Positions 23,307 to 32,371 of a stretch of 32,371 nt of DNA are shown here, in pieces. Every line of letters begins with the position of its first letter. Positions within the stretch are counted from its first letter, which is position 1. The translations under genes were made by a program, and so were the position numbers. This DNA comes from Guillardia theta CCMP2712 (taxonomy: Eukaryota > Protista > Cryptophyta): NCBI RefSeq assembly GCF_000315625.1, contig NW_005434560.1, positions 1-32,371 on the forward strand, in the 5' to 3' direction. Below the pieces are notes generated by a model, which worked only from the letters and a program-made list of their open reading frames with translations, did no database searches and was not told the origin of the DNA.

Positions 23307-26300
23307 GGTACCGCAGGTCATGCTCTCGGTTATTGCAGTTCGACGACGAGCATGATTTCTTCTTCTACGGAGCCCCAGCTGTGCTCTCATTTCATCTTCT
23401 CAGCTGAAACTCCGTCCCCTTCCGTTCTGCACAATTCAGCATCGCTGGTCACCGATCTCATCAAATTTCCCGTGACTTGTTCATCTATTTCTCCTGATGC
23501 TGACCCTTATCATTTTACAGCTCTTCTCGATGGCGGTGCTGCTGTCGATGTTATTTCGACCGCCCTCCTCGATCGTTTGCATATTCCCTTATCAGCTATT
23601 GACAGCTCTATTCGTATCCCTGTATGCGTCGCCAATGGAGTTCACTTACAGACTCTCGGCATTATTTCTCTTACTTATTCAATTGGCAAACACTCATTTA
23701 CCGATAATTTCAATGTGCTGCCTTCTACATTATCTACATGCATTTTTTCCCTGACGTGGCAAACTCGATATGGACTTGTTTTTCGTGCCCGAACCCGTGA
23801 AGTATGGATTGAATCTTCCCACAAGCAACAACTCGTGCGTCTTCCGACATGTGAAATGATTCCGCTTAATTGTCTTACAGCTCCCCAATCCTTTGCGCAA
23901 GTTACTTTCCTGTCATTGACCGATGTTTTTGCTTCTCAACAACAAGACAACGATGAGGACGATTGGTTTCTTTGCGTTCTCCAAGTTGATTCATCCTCCA
24001 CGCCACCGTCAGCCAGTTCTTTCTCTCCGGCTCGTTCTTCTGATGTGTCCCCAGAGGAGCAAGCAATTTCTTTACTTCTGGACGAATTTTCTGCTGTCAT
24101 TACCGATGATCTGCCCGCCAATTATAACATTTCTCGTGAATTTCAGGCCACCATTGACATTTTACCTGATGCTAAACCTGTCAGTCTACGACCCTATCGG
24201 CTCCCGCTTTTCCTCGAACAAGAACTTCAAAAGACGTTGGAATATTTGTTATCTCGCAACATCATCGAACCTTCCAACAGCCCCTTTGGCTTCCCCGTGC
24301 TTTACAGTCGCCGCAAAAACGACCCTCGATCTCCTACAGATCCCTCCAGCTATCGTCTTTGCACTGACTTGCGAAAACTTAATGCCATGGTCCACAGCAA
24401 CCCCAGGTATCCCACTCCTAACCCTGAGGAGATGTTAGAATCTGTCGCCGAGGTCATTCGTAAATCCAAGCGTTTCTTGCACCCTTCTGAATACAAACTT
24501 TGGATTTCAGCTCTCGATCTTCTCCGCGGTTTTTGGCAAATTCCTGTTGCCCCTGATCATCGCAAATATGTCGCCATCATCACCAAGTTTGGCAAATATC
24601 AGTTTCGCAATCTTCCATTCGGCTACATTCACGCAAGCAATATTTTTCAAGAATGGATTACTCTTCTCTTTCGTGATATTACCAGTGTATTCCCGTACAT
24701 TGATGACTTGCTCATCCTTGATTTCGGCACGTTTGATCAACACCTCAACACTCTACGTCGCGTTCTTCTGCGCTGCCGCGAGAATCAAGTTTACCTCAAG
24801 AAATCAAAAGTCAAGCTCTTTCAAGATAGTGTCGAGTTCCTCGGTCATCAAATCTCTGCTGATGGCATATCGACTCAATCCAGTAAGACCAGCGCGATCC
24901 TTGACTGGCCACCACCCAGCAACGCAAAGGAGATCAAAATATTTCTTGGGCTCTCCGGATATTACCGTCGCTTTATTCGCAACTATGCCCACATTGCTGC
25001 TCCTCTTCATGCTCTTCTTCGTAAGAATGTCGTCTTTCAATGGACTCCCGAGTGTCAGCAAGCCTTTGATCTTCTCAAACACCGGTTAACCTCCTCCCCA
25101 ATTCTCTCTCACTTTGATCCAGCGCTTAGGACAGAAGTTCACACCGATGCCTCAAACACAGCTCTCGGCGGTGTTCTTCTTCAGTACGACGCTGACAACA
25201 AAGAGAAAGTCATTGGATTCTACAGTCGCCTGTTTACTGATGCAGAAAGAAATTATCAAACCACTGAGCGCGAACTTTTGGCCATCAAAGACGTGCTTCT
25301 TCACTTCCAATTTTATCTTCTTGGCAAGCCCATCATCCTTCGTACTGATCACAAGGCTCTCACGTACTTTCAAACTCAAAAGGATCTCAAAGGTCGTCTT
25401 CGCCGCTGGTTAGAAACTCTCAGTGAATTCTCTATCGTCGAGATCGCGCACGTGAAAGGTACCGATAATGTCGTCCCTGACGCTCTCAGCCGCCAATATC
25501 CCGACGACGACGTCGCACCTCCACGCGATGACGCAATCCTACATTCAGATGATCAAGATTTTCATCATCTCCTTGCTCTCGATGCTCCTGCTGATAATGC
25601 TTCTCTCGTTGAATCTCTTCACGACACAATCGTCCAAGCATATTCCTCGTGTTCATACTTTTCTACAATCTATCAAGCAGTTCAAAACAACCCATCGTAC
25701 AAGCATTTTCACATTGAAAATCATCTCCTGATTCTAACAGATAGTCTTCACCGACAACGCATTTGCATTCCTCAATCTGTTCGCAAAGAAGTTCTATACC
25801 GTGCCCATGACCTTCACAGTCACCGCGGCTTCTCTCGAACATACTTGGCTCTTGTTCCTGTTGTTTATTGGCCCTCTATGCGTCAACAAGTCGAACGTTA
25901 TATCCTTTCCTGTCAATCTTGCATCCAATACAAATCTTATCGCAAGCCACAGATGGGACCGTCGCACAGTCAAGCAGCTCCGTCTGATCGTTTTGCTACA
26001 ATCTCCATCGATGTCGTTTCCGGCTTCCCGCCTACTCGTTCTCATTACGACTCGATCTTCGTTTGTGTTGACAACTTTTCTGGACGTGTCTTTCTGTCTC
26101 CATGCAAGAAGACTCTCACCTCTCAACAAGCTGCCGATCTTTTTGTTTCGAAAGTCTGCGCCAACCAAGGCCTTCCCAACGAAATCATTTCAGATAATGC
26201 AAAAATCTTCTCTTCTGCCTTCTGGACTAAACTTTTCGAACTCTTGCAGGTCAAAATCAAGCATTCTTCGCCTTACTATCCTCAAGGCAATGCTCGACCT

Positions 26301-27119
26301 GAACGCCTCAACTCCGTCTTGATTGAAGCTCTCCGCATCTACTGTGCCAATCGCGTCAACCATGACTGGGACAGATTTCTTCCCCTCTTCGAGATGCATT
26401 ACAATTCTTCCGTCAAACGTTCCACAGGCCTTGCGCCATTCGAGATTATTTATGGCCGCAACGTCAAAACTCAACTGGCTCTCCCTGACCTTTCCAACTC
26501 GTCTGATGATCCTGACGACATTCGCGAAGCCATCCAAGTGCACATGGAAGCAGCTCGCGACGCCCTCGATCACATGGCTCGTTCAACTGAACAGACCCTT
26601 GACCAACACCGTCGCCCTCACAATTTCAACATCGGCGATCTCGTGTGGCTCTCAACGACGAATATTCCCATCACCGACAGCTTTCCCAAGCTCCGTCCTC
26701 GTTTTATTGGTCCCTTCAAGATCCTCTCCTTTGTTTCTGACAACACTGTTCATCTCGAACTGACAGATCGCTTTCGTCATCTTGAACACAGCGTCTTCAA
26801 CCTCAAGTGGCTTCGCCCCCATCAGGACCGTGATCCCAACTTCGAGCTTCACGTCGATCGACCGGATCCTCTTTCGACAGCTCAAGGACTTGAATACGAA
26901 GTGGAACAAATTCTCGACAAACGTCAACGTGGTCGTGGTATCCAATATCTTGTTCATTGGAAAGGCTATCCTAACCCAGCTGATCACTCCTGGAAATCAG
27001 CTTCTGAACTCAACAAGAAATCTGGTATTCGTGCTTTAATTCAACAATTTGAATCTTCTTTATTAGCTCAAGCGTCACCTTCCCGCCGCTCTTCTTCCTC
27101 TTCTTCTGCAGATCCTTAA
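23307..27119 (+). CDS. pol: Pol polyprotein: protease, RT, RNase H, integrase, chromodomain; in frame with gag after a single TAG
   Basis: LLDGGA (PR), LPFG and YIDD (RT), TDAS..ERELLA (RH), H-H-C-C plus ISIDVV/ISDN/ERLN (IN), PRFIGPF, and YEVEQILDKR..YLVHWKGY..SW (chromodomain). Ty3/gypsy domain order. First ATG at 23352. Confidence 0.97.
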   Translation, partial: GTAGHALGYCSSTTSMISSSTEPQLCSHFIFSAETPSPSVLHNSASLVTDLIKFPVTCSSISPDADPYHFTALLDGGAAVDVISTALLDRLHIPLSAIDSSIRIPVCVANGVHLQTLGIISLTYSIGKHSFTDNFNVLPSTLSTCIFSLTWQTRYGLVFRARTREVWIESSHKQQLVRLPTCEMIPLNCLTAPQSFAQVTFLSLTDVFASQQQDNDEDDWFLCVLQVDSSSTPPSASSFSPARSSDVSPEEQAISLLLDEFSAVITDDLPANYNISREFQATIDILPDAKPVSLRPYRLPLFLEQELQKTLEYLLSRNIIEPSNSPFGFPVLYSRRKNDPRSPTDPSSYRLCTDLRKLNAMVHSNPRYPTPNPEEMLESVAEVIRKSKRFLHPSEYKLWISALDLLRGFWQIPVAPDHRKYVAIITKFGKYQFRNLPFGYIHASNIFQEWITLLFRDITSVFPYIDDLLILDFGTFDQHLNTLRRVLLRCRENQVYLKKSKVKLFQDSVEFLGHQISADGISTQSSKTSAILDWPPPSNAKEIKIFLGLSGYYRRFIRNYAHIAAPLHALLRKNVVFQWTPECQQAFDLLKHRLTSSPILSHFDPALRTEVHTDASNTALGGVLLQYDADNKEKVIGFYSRLFTDAERNYQTTERELLAIKDVLLHFQFYLLGKPIILRTDHKALTYFQTQKDLKGRLRRWLETLSEFSIVEIAHVKGTDNVVPDALSRQYPDDDVAPPRDDAILHSDDQDFHHLLALDAPADNASLVESLHDTIVQAYSSCSYFSTIYQAVQNNPSYKHFHIENHLLILTDSLHRQRICIPQSVRKEVLYRAHDLHSHRGFSRTYLALVPVVYWPSMRQQVERYILSCQSCIQYKSYRKPQMGPSHSQAAPSDRFATISIDVVSGFPPTRSHYDSIFVCVDNFSGRVFLSPCKKTLTSQQAADLFVSKVCANQGLPNEIISDNAKIFSSAFWTKLFELLQVKIKHSSPYYPQGNARPERLNSVLIEALRIYCANRVNHDWDRFLPLFEMHYNSSVKRSTGLAPFEIIYGRNVKTQLALPDLSNSSDDPDDIREAIQVHMEAARDALDHMARSTEQTLDQHRRPHNFNIGDLVWLSTTNIPITDSFPKLRPRFIGPFKILSFVSDNTVHLELTDRFRHLEHSVFNLKWLRPHQDRDPNFELHVDRPDPLSTAQGLEYEVEQILDKRQRGRGIQYLVHWKGYPNPADHSWKSASELNKKSGIRALIQQFESSLLAQASPSRRSSSSSSADP

Positions 27120-27184
27120 CTCAAGATTCTTCTGAGCGAAGTCAACGACAGGTGGACCTTCTTGTCGTCTCGCAGTGGGAGCGA

Positions 27185-27355
27185 TGTTGTATTCTGGACT
27201 CATACCGGACGCCCCTTGGACGTAGCGTAGGGAAATAGGATGACGATGCAGATTCCTGCAGTGGTGCTGCTGATCTGATGAGCGTGTGTGCTTAATAAAC
27301 AGAGATCCTAAGATCATCTGAACTCAACGTCTTACGCAAGGTTGTGTATACAACA
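27185..27355 (+). repeat. 3' LTR (171 bp)
   Basis: Identical to the 5' LTR; followed by TSD GACAG. Confidence 0.97.
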
Positions 27356-29630
27356 GACAGGCTCACACGCACTCAACCGTTCAACGGTGCATGAAGAGAC
27401 GTTTGCAAAAAGGATGACTTCACCTGCTCGCATAGATTACTGTAGAGAATTGTTGTTGATCATGAATCACTATATCCATGATCAAGTGCATTGACCATTG
27501 CATTTCCATGTTTCATGACGTAGGATGATTTTTCTGCACTTGGATTTCTTCCTCAGTCATGATGTTTCCACAACGCTTCAGAAACCTAGTCAGAAATGAA
27601 ACAATGTGCAGATAAATTTGAGCATCAATAAAAATAAATGAGATGTTCTTCGAATCAATCCTGCCTTGTTTTGACGGTTCGCAATGCTGCCGTGCAGTTG
27701 TAGAGTTCTTGTCGCATGTGGCACTACAGAGGAGTGCCTTGTTCAACAGAACAAGCACTCGGTGATTGTAAAAGGATCACAAACGCTGTGAATCAATAAA
27801 TAGAATTCCACATCCAGGGTATCGCATCTTTATTAGAAGAGTTTCAATCAGGGTAAAAGCACAACCGACCTCCTTGTAATCAAGAACACGTTCCATCTTT
27901 TGCCTTGCGAAGGTGTATCTATGTGAACCAAGAAGCATGTGACATGTGGCCACATCATACATGCTCTACGGCCTGGAATATTGGCATCTTCAAAAGTGCT
28001 CATGTTTGCGTTGAGATCATCTGCTTGGCAGCGGCTCATTGATGAACAAAATCCGATGCAAGTTCACACCAGTAATATTCACATGATGCATCATGTGATG
28101 AAATGACCTAGGCCTTGGTGATTTGCAAAATGTTTCATCGTTCAAACACGTCCTTGAAAATCAGATGAAGAATCCTTCACGAACCACGGGACTTGCTTGT
28201 CCGACATCATTCGACAGCACTGCGGATCATGGTTGTTTCAAGCAGTCGAGCAGCTCACTGCTAAAATGCACCGTGCATTATTTATTGGCATCTTCTTGCG
28301 AGACTATCAGACATAGTCGTGCAGATATGTGTTCTTGAGCTCACAGGTGACCGTACAGCTTTTGAACAATCCAGTCACCATCTGATGATGATTCCCTGTC
28401 GTCTTGTGTGTAACCTCCATCCATTTACTCCAACTCAGTTTCCCTGTCATGCATCACAGATAGCTTAGGGTATTTTACGCTTTGGTTTCGATTGCAATGT
28501 AACCCTGTGATGGTGTTTTCACTTGTATTATTCATGCTCTTCGCTTACCAAACGATTTTTCGTGAGATTCACGAGCTCTACCAATCACTCCTCAAGGATC
28601 ATCATCTCTACACCTCAGGAATTTCCCATGAGTATGTTCGGTGAACATCTGACATCTGCACACGCTGCCGCGGGCTTGCTGTTTGCGAGCCATCGTTAGG
28701 GCAGTACAGAGCGGTGCGACGTGCCCCGTGCAAGGGGAGGCTCATGGCGTGTAGGGGGAGTTTCAAACTTGTTTATAAATTTGTACCACAAGAAGGCTTT
28801 ACAACTAAGTTGGTAGACTACCCCACGATCTGACTGTAACTTGTGGGGTGTAGCCCTACTTCTCTGTTTATACTCAACCATTACACAATACAGTCTAAAA
28901 TATCTTATTGGAAAACAAAATGAGAATTATAAAGCTGAATTCGAACCCTATTTCAGATTCTCAAACACGCCACCCCCAAATCTACCTAGAAAGCAGAACA
29001 ACCCCCCCACGGGAAAGCATACAGCCCAAAACAGACAAATCAAAATGTCAACGCTATGAGGGTGATGATGAGGGGTATGAGGACGATGATGCTTGTGATG
29101 GAGGGCGATGAGATTGTAAATTCCAACGCAATCATTGGGGTAGATACAGACTTCACGAAAGGTGGAAAATACGTGAAAAACCCTGTCAATTTCCAGTTGA
29201 GTTTCGACCTCGAAAAAAATCCTATACGTATAAATACGTTGCAAGTTTTTTCTTCCCGGCTTCTCTCCCATATCATTTTATACCTCCCCGCGACCCCTCG
29301 GCTCAAGCGCCACACTGGCATTTTGTCGGGAGGCTCATAACCTGTTTCCACGGGCCAGGACGGCCCGCACGGGCCTGGAGCTCGCCGGAGAGGCCCGGAA
29401 TATGCCCAAAGGATGTCAATCAGGCCGATCCAAAGCAAAGAGACATAATCAGGACTTTTTGGAGAGATTTCCGATCAATTAGTACATGTTGGCCGGGGGC
29501 CTGATCTCTCCGGGCGGCCGTGACCGGTCAGCGGACCGTGTCGACCTCGAAAAAAATCCTATAAGTATAAATACGTTGCAAGTCAAGTTTTTCTTCCCGG
29601 CTTCTCTCCCATATCATTTTATACCTCCCC

Positions 29631-29816
29631 GACAAGACTTTTTTATATCGCAGATCCAAAAATTTCTCCCAGGGGAAGAAAACCTCCCTTGACCCCCCTG
29701 TTTCTCGACGGATCCTGCCGGCCGGGCCCGTCAGTAGACCGACTGCAGCCTTCAGCCCCGCCTCAGACCCCCTGGAGGCCCGCCAGGAGGCTAAGTGTCC
29801 GGAGATTGGCCGGGGG
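29631..29816 (-). repeat. Inverted fragment of the 332-bp satellite (another at 29489-29542)
   Basis: Reverse complement of the short-variant unit seen at ~13300. Confidence 0.93.
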
Positions 29817-30220
29817 ATACCTCCTTGTGTCATCCGACTCATATATATACTGAGGCGGGCCCGCAGGGCCCGCCTTACAAAAAACTCATAACGTCGGGAG
29901 CCCCACCGCAAACATACCCCCAGATCCCCTCCCACCTTCCATCTGAGGTCATGGAGAGGCTCATTGGCCTCCATCTAGACTGATCTGATACCTCCTTGTG
30001 TCATCCGACTCATATATATACGGAGGGGGGCCCGCAGGGGGGGGCCATATAACGTCGGGAGCCCCACCGCAAACATACCCCCAGATCCCCTCCCACCTTC
30101 CATCTGAGGTCATGGAGAGGCTCATTTGCCTCCATCTAGACTGATCTGATACCTCCTTGTGTCATCCGACTCATATATATACTGAGGCGGGCCCGCAGGG
30201 CCCGCCTTATAACGTCGGGA
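29816..30220. repeat. ~171/161-bp tandem repeat (~2.4 units) with a GC hairpin
   Basis: GATACCTCCTTGTGTCATCCGACTC at 29816, 29987 and 30148. Hairpin AGGCGGGCCC-GCA-GGGCCCGCCT at 29853-29875 and ~30185-30207. Confidence 0.92.
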
Positions 30221-30483
30221 AATCTCTCCAAAAAGTCCTGATTATGTCTCTTTGCTTTGGATCGGCCTGATTGACATCCTTTGGGCATATTCCGGGCCTC
30301 TCCGGCGAGCTCCAGGCCCGTGCGGGCCGTCCGGGCCCGTGGAAACAGGTTATGAGCTTCCCAACAAAATGCCAGTGTGGCGCTTGAGCCGAGGGGTCGC
30401 GGGGAGGTATAAAATGATATGGGAGAGAAGCCGGGAAGAAAAACCTTGCAACGTATTTATACGTATAGGATTTTTTTCGAGGT

Positions 30484-32321
30484 TTGGAGAGAAGGCGCTG
30501 TCCCTCCTCGCTGCCTTGTTCCCTTGCACCCGTGTCCAGCGCTGCTCGCCGAGGTACGCTCTGAGCTTTTCTTTCAACATGTTTCGCTTCGATCCCATCG
30601 TCGGCGTGGCTGCCCAAGCTCCGAGCGTCATGAACTCCACGTTGCCCGGCGAGCAGAAGGTGTCATGCAGCTTGCCAACACTCTTGTCTAGCTCCAGAGA
30701 GATCGGCTTGCCAGCTAGCAGCTCCTCCTCTGATGTCTCCAAGAGCATCGTCGAGAGGTCGACCAAGACCTGTTGATCGACTGGCCCTGACGGCGACGCT
30801 GCTTCCATGGTGATCCTGTCGATGTCGCTGAGCTCCAGCCATCCAGCGCCTTGCTGCTGCCCTTGGGGCACTTGGGCTTGCTCCTCGCTGCTCGGGCTCC
30901 TCTCCTCCTCATGCTGAGGCCCGTTGAGCTTGAACCCCACCGCTTCGAGCTTGACTTCCAGGATCCCTTCCAAGTAAAAGGGCATGTCGTCCATCAGGCG
31001 TCGAGCGTCTGCCTTGGTCGCCAGGGAGAGAGCTATCAGGCTCCCATCCCAGCTGAGCGTGTCACGATCCTCCTCGACCTCGACGCTGACCGGCGTCACG
31101 CCTATCCTTCTTGCTAACTCCAACATGGCTCGCTTGACTCTCGTGATCGATGTGTTACCTCCTCCGCACAGCGCTTCCATCTCCTTCCTCGAGAAGCGGC
31201 CTGTGCTCATGCTTGACCTCGACTTGATCTGTACTCTGAAGCTGCTGCGCCCCGCATGATCTCTCTCGCGAAGTGCCCTCCTTTGCTTAGTGATCTTCCC
31301 CCTAGGAACGAAGGTGTCGGCTGTGAGCTCGACTGCAAACGTCTCTCTGAGCTTGGCGTCGTCGCTGATGAGAGTCAGGTGCACCCCCTCCATCGCCTCG
31401 CTCTCTCTGAACGAGGCCAAGGTCTGCTCGCAACTTGCCGTCGAAGGCGAGCTCAGCACCCACTCCAGCTCTTTTTGCTGGAGAGTTCCAGTACTTGCCC
31501 CAACAGCAACATACGTCTTCGGGCTCGGCCCCTTGCGACCTCTCTGCCCAGGACCCTGCACGAGCATGCCCGCAAGCGGTTGTACCTCTGCGGCTGCAAG
31601 AGATTGCGAGAGCAGCTGAAATCGATAGATCTGAGCGATCTCGGCCGTCGACATTCCTCCAAGGGCTAAGAGCTGTGATAGCTCGGCAAGGCTCCCTCCC
31701 TTGCCCCAAGGTCCTCGCTTGGCTCGAAGCTTGAACGACCGGTCATGTGCAATGCTCACCTCTGTGGCTCTGAACGATCTGCCGTCTATGCAGTATTCTT
31801 TCCTGCCTTCCCATAGCTCCATGGCTGCTTCATTCCGAAGGAAGGAGACGGTGACTGAGATGTCGTCTGCTCTTGCTATCTCAGGTCTGTAAGGTGCTTT
31901 CCACATGATGGCCTTGTCGACTCCATCGACTGAGTCTACCATGAGACCTAGCTCCATAAGCTTCGATTTCAACTTTTCTTCTTGTCGAACATACATCGAG
32001 GAAATCCCTAGGAGAGTCATGGAGATGAAGGAGGTCCCCTCGGTGCCTTCGGTGCCGATGTATGTCTCGACATTCTGCTTCTTGGCCTCCTCCATCTGTT
32101 GAATAAACCATGCTTTCGACTCTGAGCTCCATTCGCTCAGAGAGTCTTCAAACAGGTCGCGTCTCGCCTGCCGACATGTCGAGCGGATGGCTTCAGCGAT
32201 AGCGTAGGGAGTGCATCCCCCCTCAGCTCTGCAAGCATAAGCTGTCCGACTATTCGGATAACGCTTGGTGAAGTTCTTCACCTTCTCGACGAGGTCGGCG
32301 GCTGCTTCTCGACGAGTCGCG
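30484..32321 (-). pseudogene. ~610-codon open frame truncated at both ends; two RRM-like segments, probably ORF1 of a non-LTR retroelement
   Basis: The frame is open from the telomeric junction (no upstream ATG) until it runs into the 266-bp repeat at ~30483. Beta-alpha-beta-beta-alpha-beta patterns (SMTLLGI..EEKLKSKLMELG..SVTVSF..NEAAMELW..IDGRSF) look RRM-like by eye. No RT or endonuclease in the window. Confidence 0.5.
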
Positions 32322-32371
32322 CTAAACCCTAAACCCTAAACCCTAAACCCTAACCCTAAACCCTAAACCCT
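32322..32371. repeat. Telomeric repeat (CCCTAAA)n / (TTTAGGG)n with one CCCTAA variant
   Basis: About 7 units run to the window edge, with the C-rich strand on +. Confidence 0.97.

Larger units (their letters stand above)
21163..27355 (+). mobile_element. Full-length Ty3/gypsy chromovirus-type LTR retrotransposon, recently inserted
   Basis: Two identical 171-bp LTRs (TGTTGTAT...ATACAACA), 5-bp TSD GACAG (21158-21162 and 27356-27360), intact gag and pol. Confidence 0.98.
20187..29058 (-). mobile_element. Second CATAGCGTTG-family TIR element (copy A2), inverted relative to A and interrupted by the LTR retrotransposon
   Basis: CATAGCGTTGCTTTTC at 20187 and CAACGCTATG ending 29058. Regions 20500-21160 and 27360-28260 are diverged reverse complements of ~6785-7445 and ~5925-6785. 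Confidence 0.82.
29207..30483. repeat. 266-bp inverted repeat pair (29207-29472 / 30218-30483) enclosing satellite fragments and a second tandem repeat
   Basis: ACCTCGAAAAAAATCCTATACG...GGAGAGATTTCC and its reverse complement with a few substitutions. A third partial copy lies at ~29543-29630. Confidence 0.92.

Noticed and set aside
21454-27039. Many overlapping short ORFs within gag and pol
   Set aside because: Alternative-frame or antisense shadows of the long coding frames.
30350-30483. C-terminus of the 643-aa ORF (NLEKNPIRINTLQ...)
   Set aside because: Derived from the 266-bp repeat (the same peptide appears in ORF 29056-29340), so it is a fusion artefact.
32322-32371. Ordinary right-hand chromosome telomere
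   Set aside because: Polarity is wrong: a right end should read TTTAGGG on +.

Overview
Eukaryotic, repeat-rich (heterochromatic or subtelomeric-looking) DNA. The ~50-nt GT-AG introns, TTTAGGG-type telomere repeat and GC-rich patchwork tracts suggest a protist or alga, possibly a cryptophyte such as Guillardia (inference only). The left half is a palindrome-rich 332-bp satellite interrupted by two terminal-inverted-repeat (TIR) elements that start CAT and end ATG and lack a normal target-site duplication (TSD): 1481-7890, carrying a Cdc7 kinase fragment and a hairpin minisatellite, and 8795-10919. The centre holds an intact-looking intron-rich GDP-L-fucose synthase gene and an intact ~1003-aa Crypton-type tyrosine recombinase gene. 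Next is a second, inverted CATAGCGTTG-family element (20187-29058). A young chromodomain Ty3/gypsy retrotransposon sits inside it, with identical 171-bp LTRs, a GACAG TSD, and in-frame gag and pol separated by one UAG plus a stem-loop. The right end has a mosaic of inverted and tandem repeats, then a doubly truncated RRM-like (LINE ORF1-like) ORF joined directly to telomeric repeats whose polarity is opposite to that of a normal right chromosome end.
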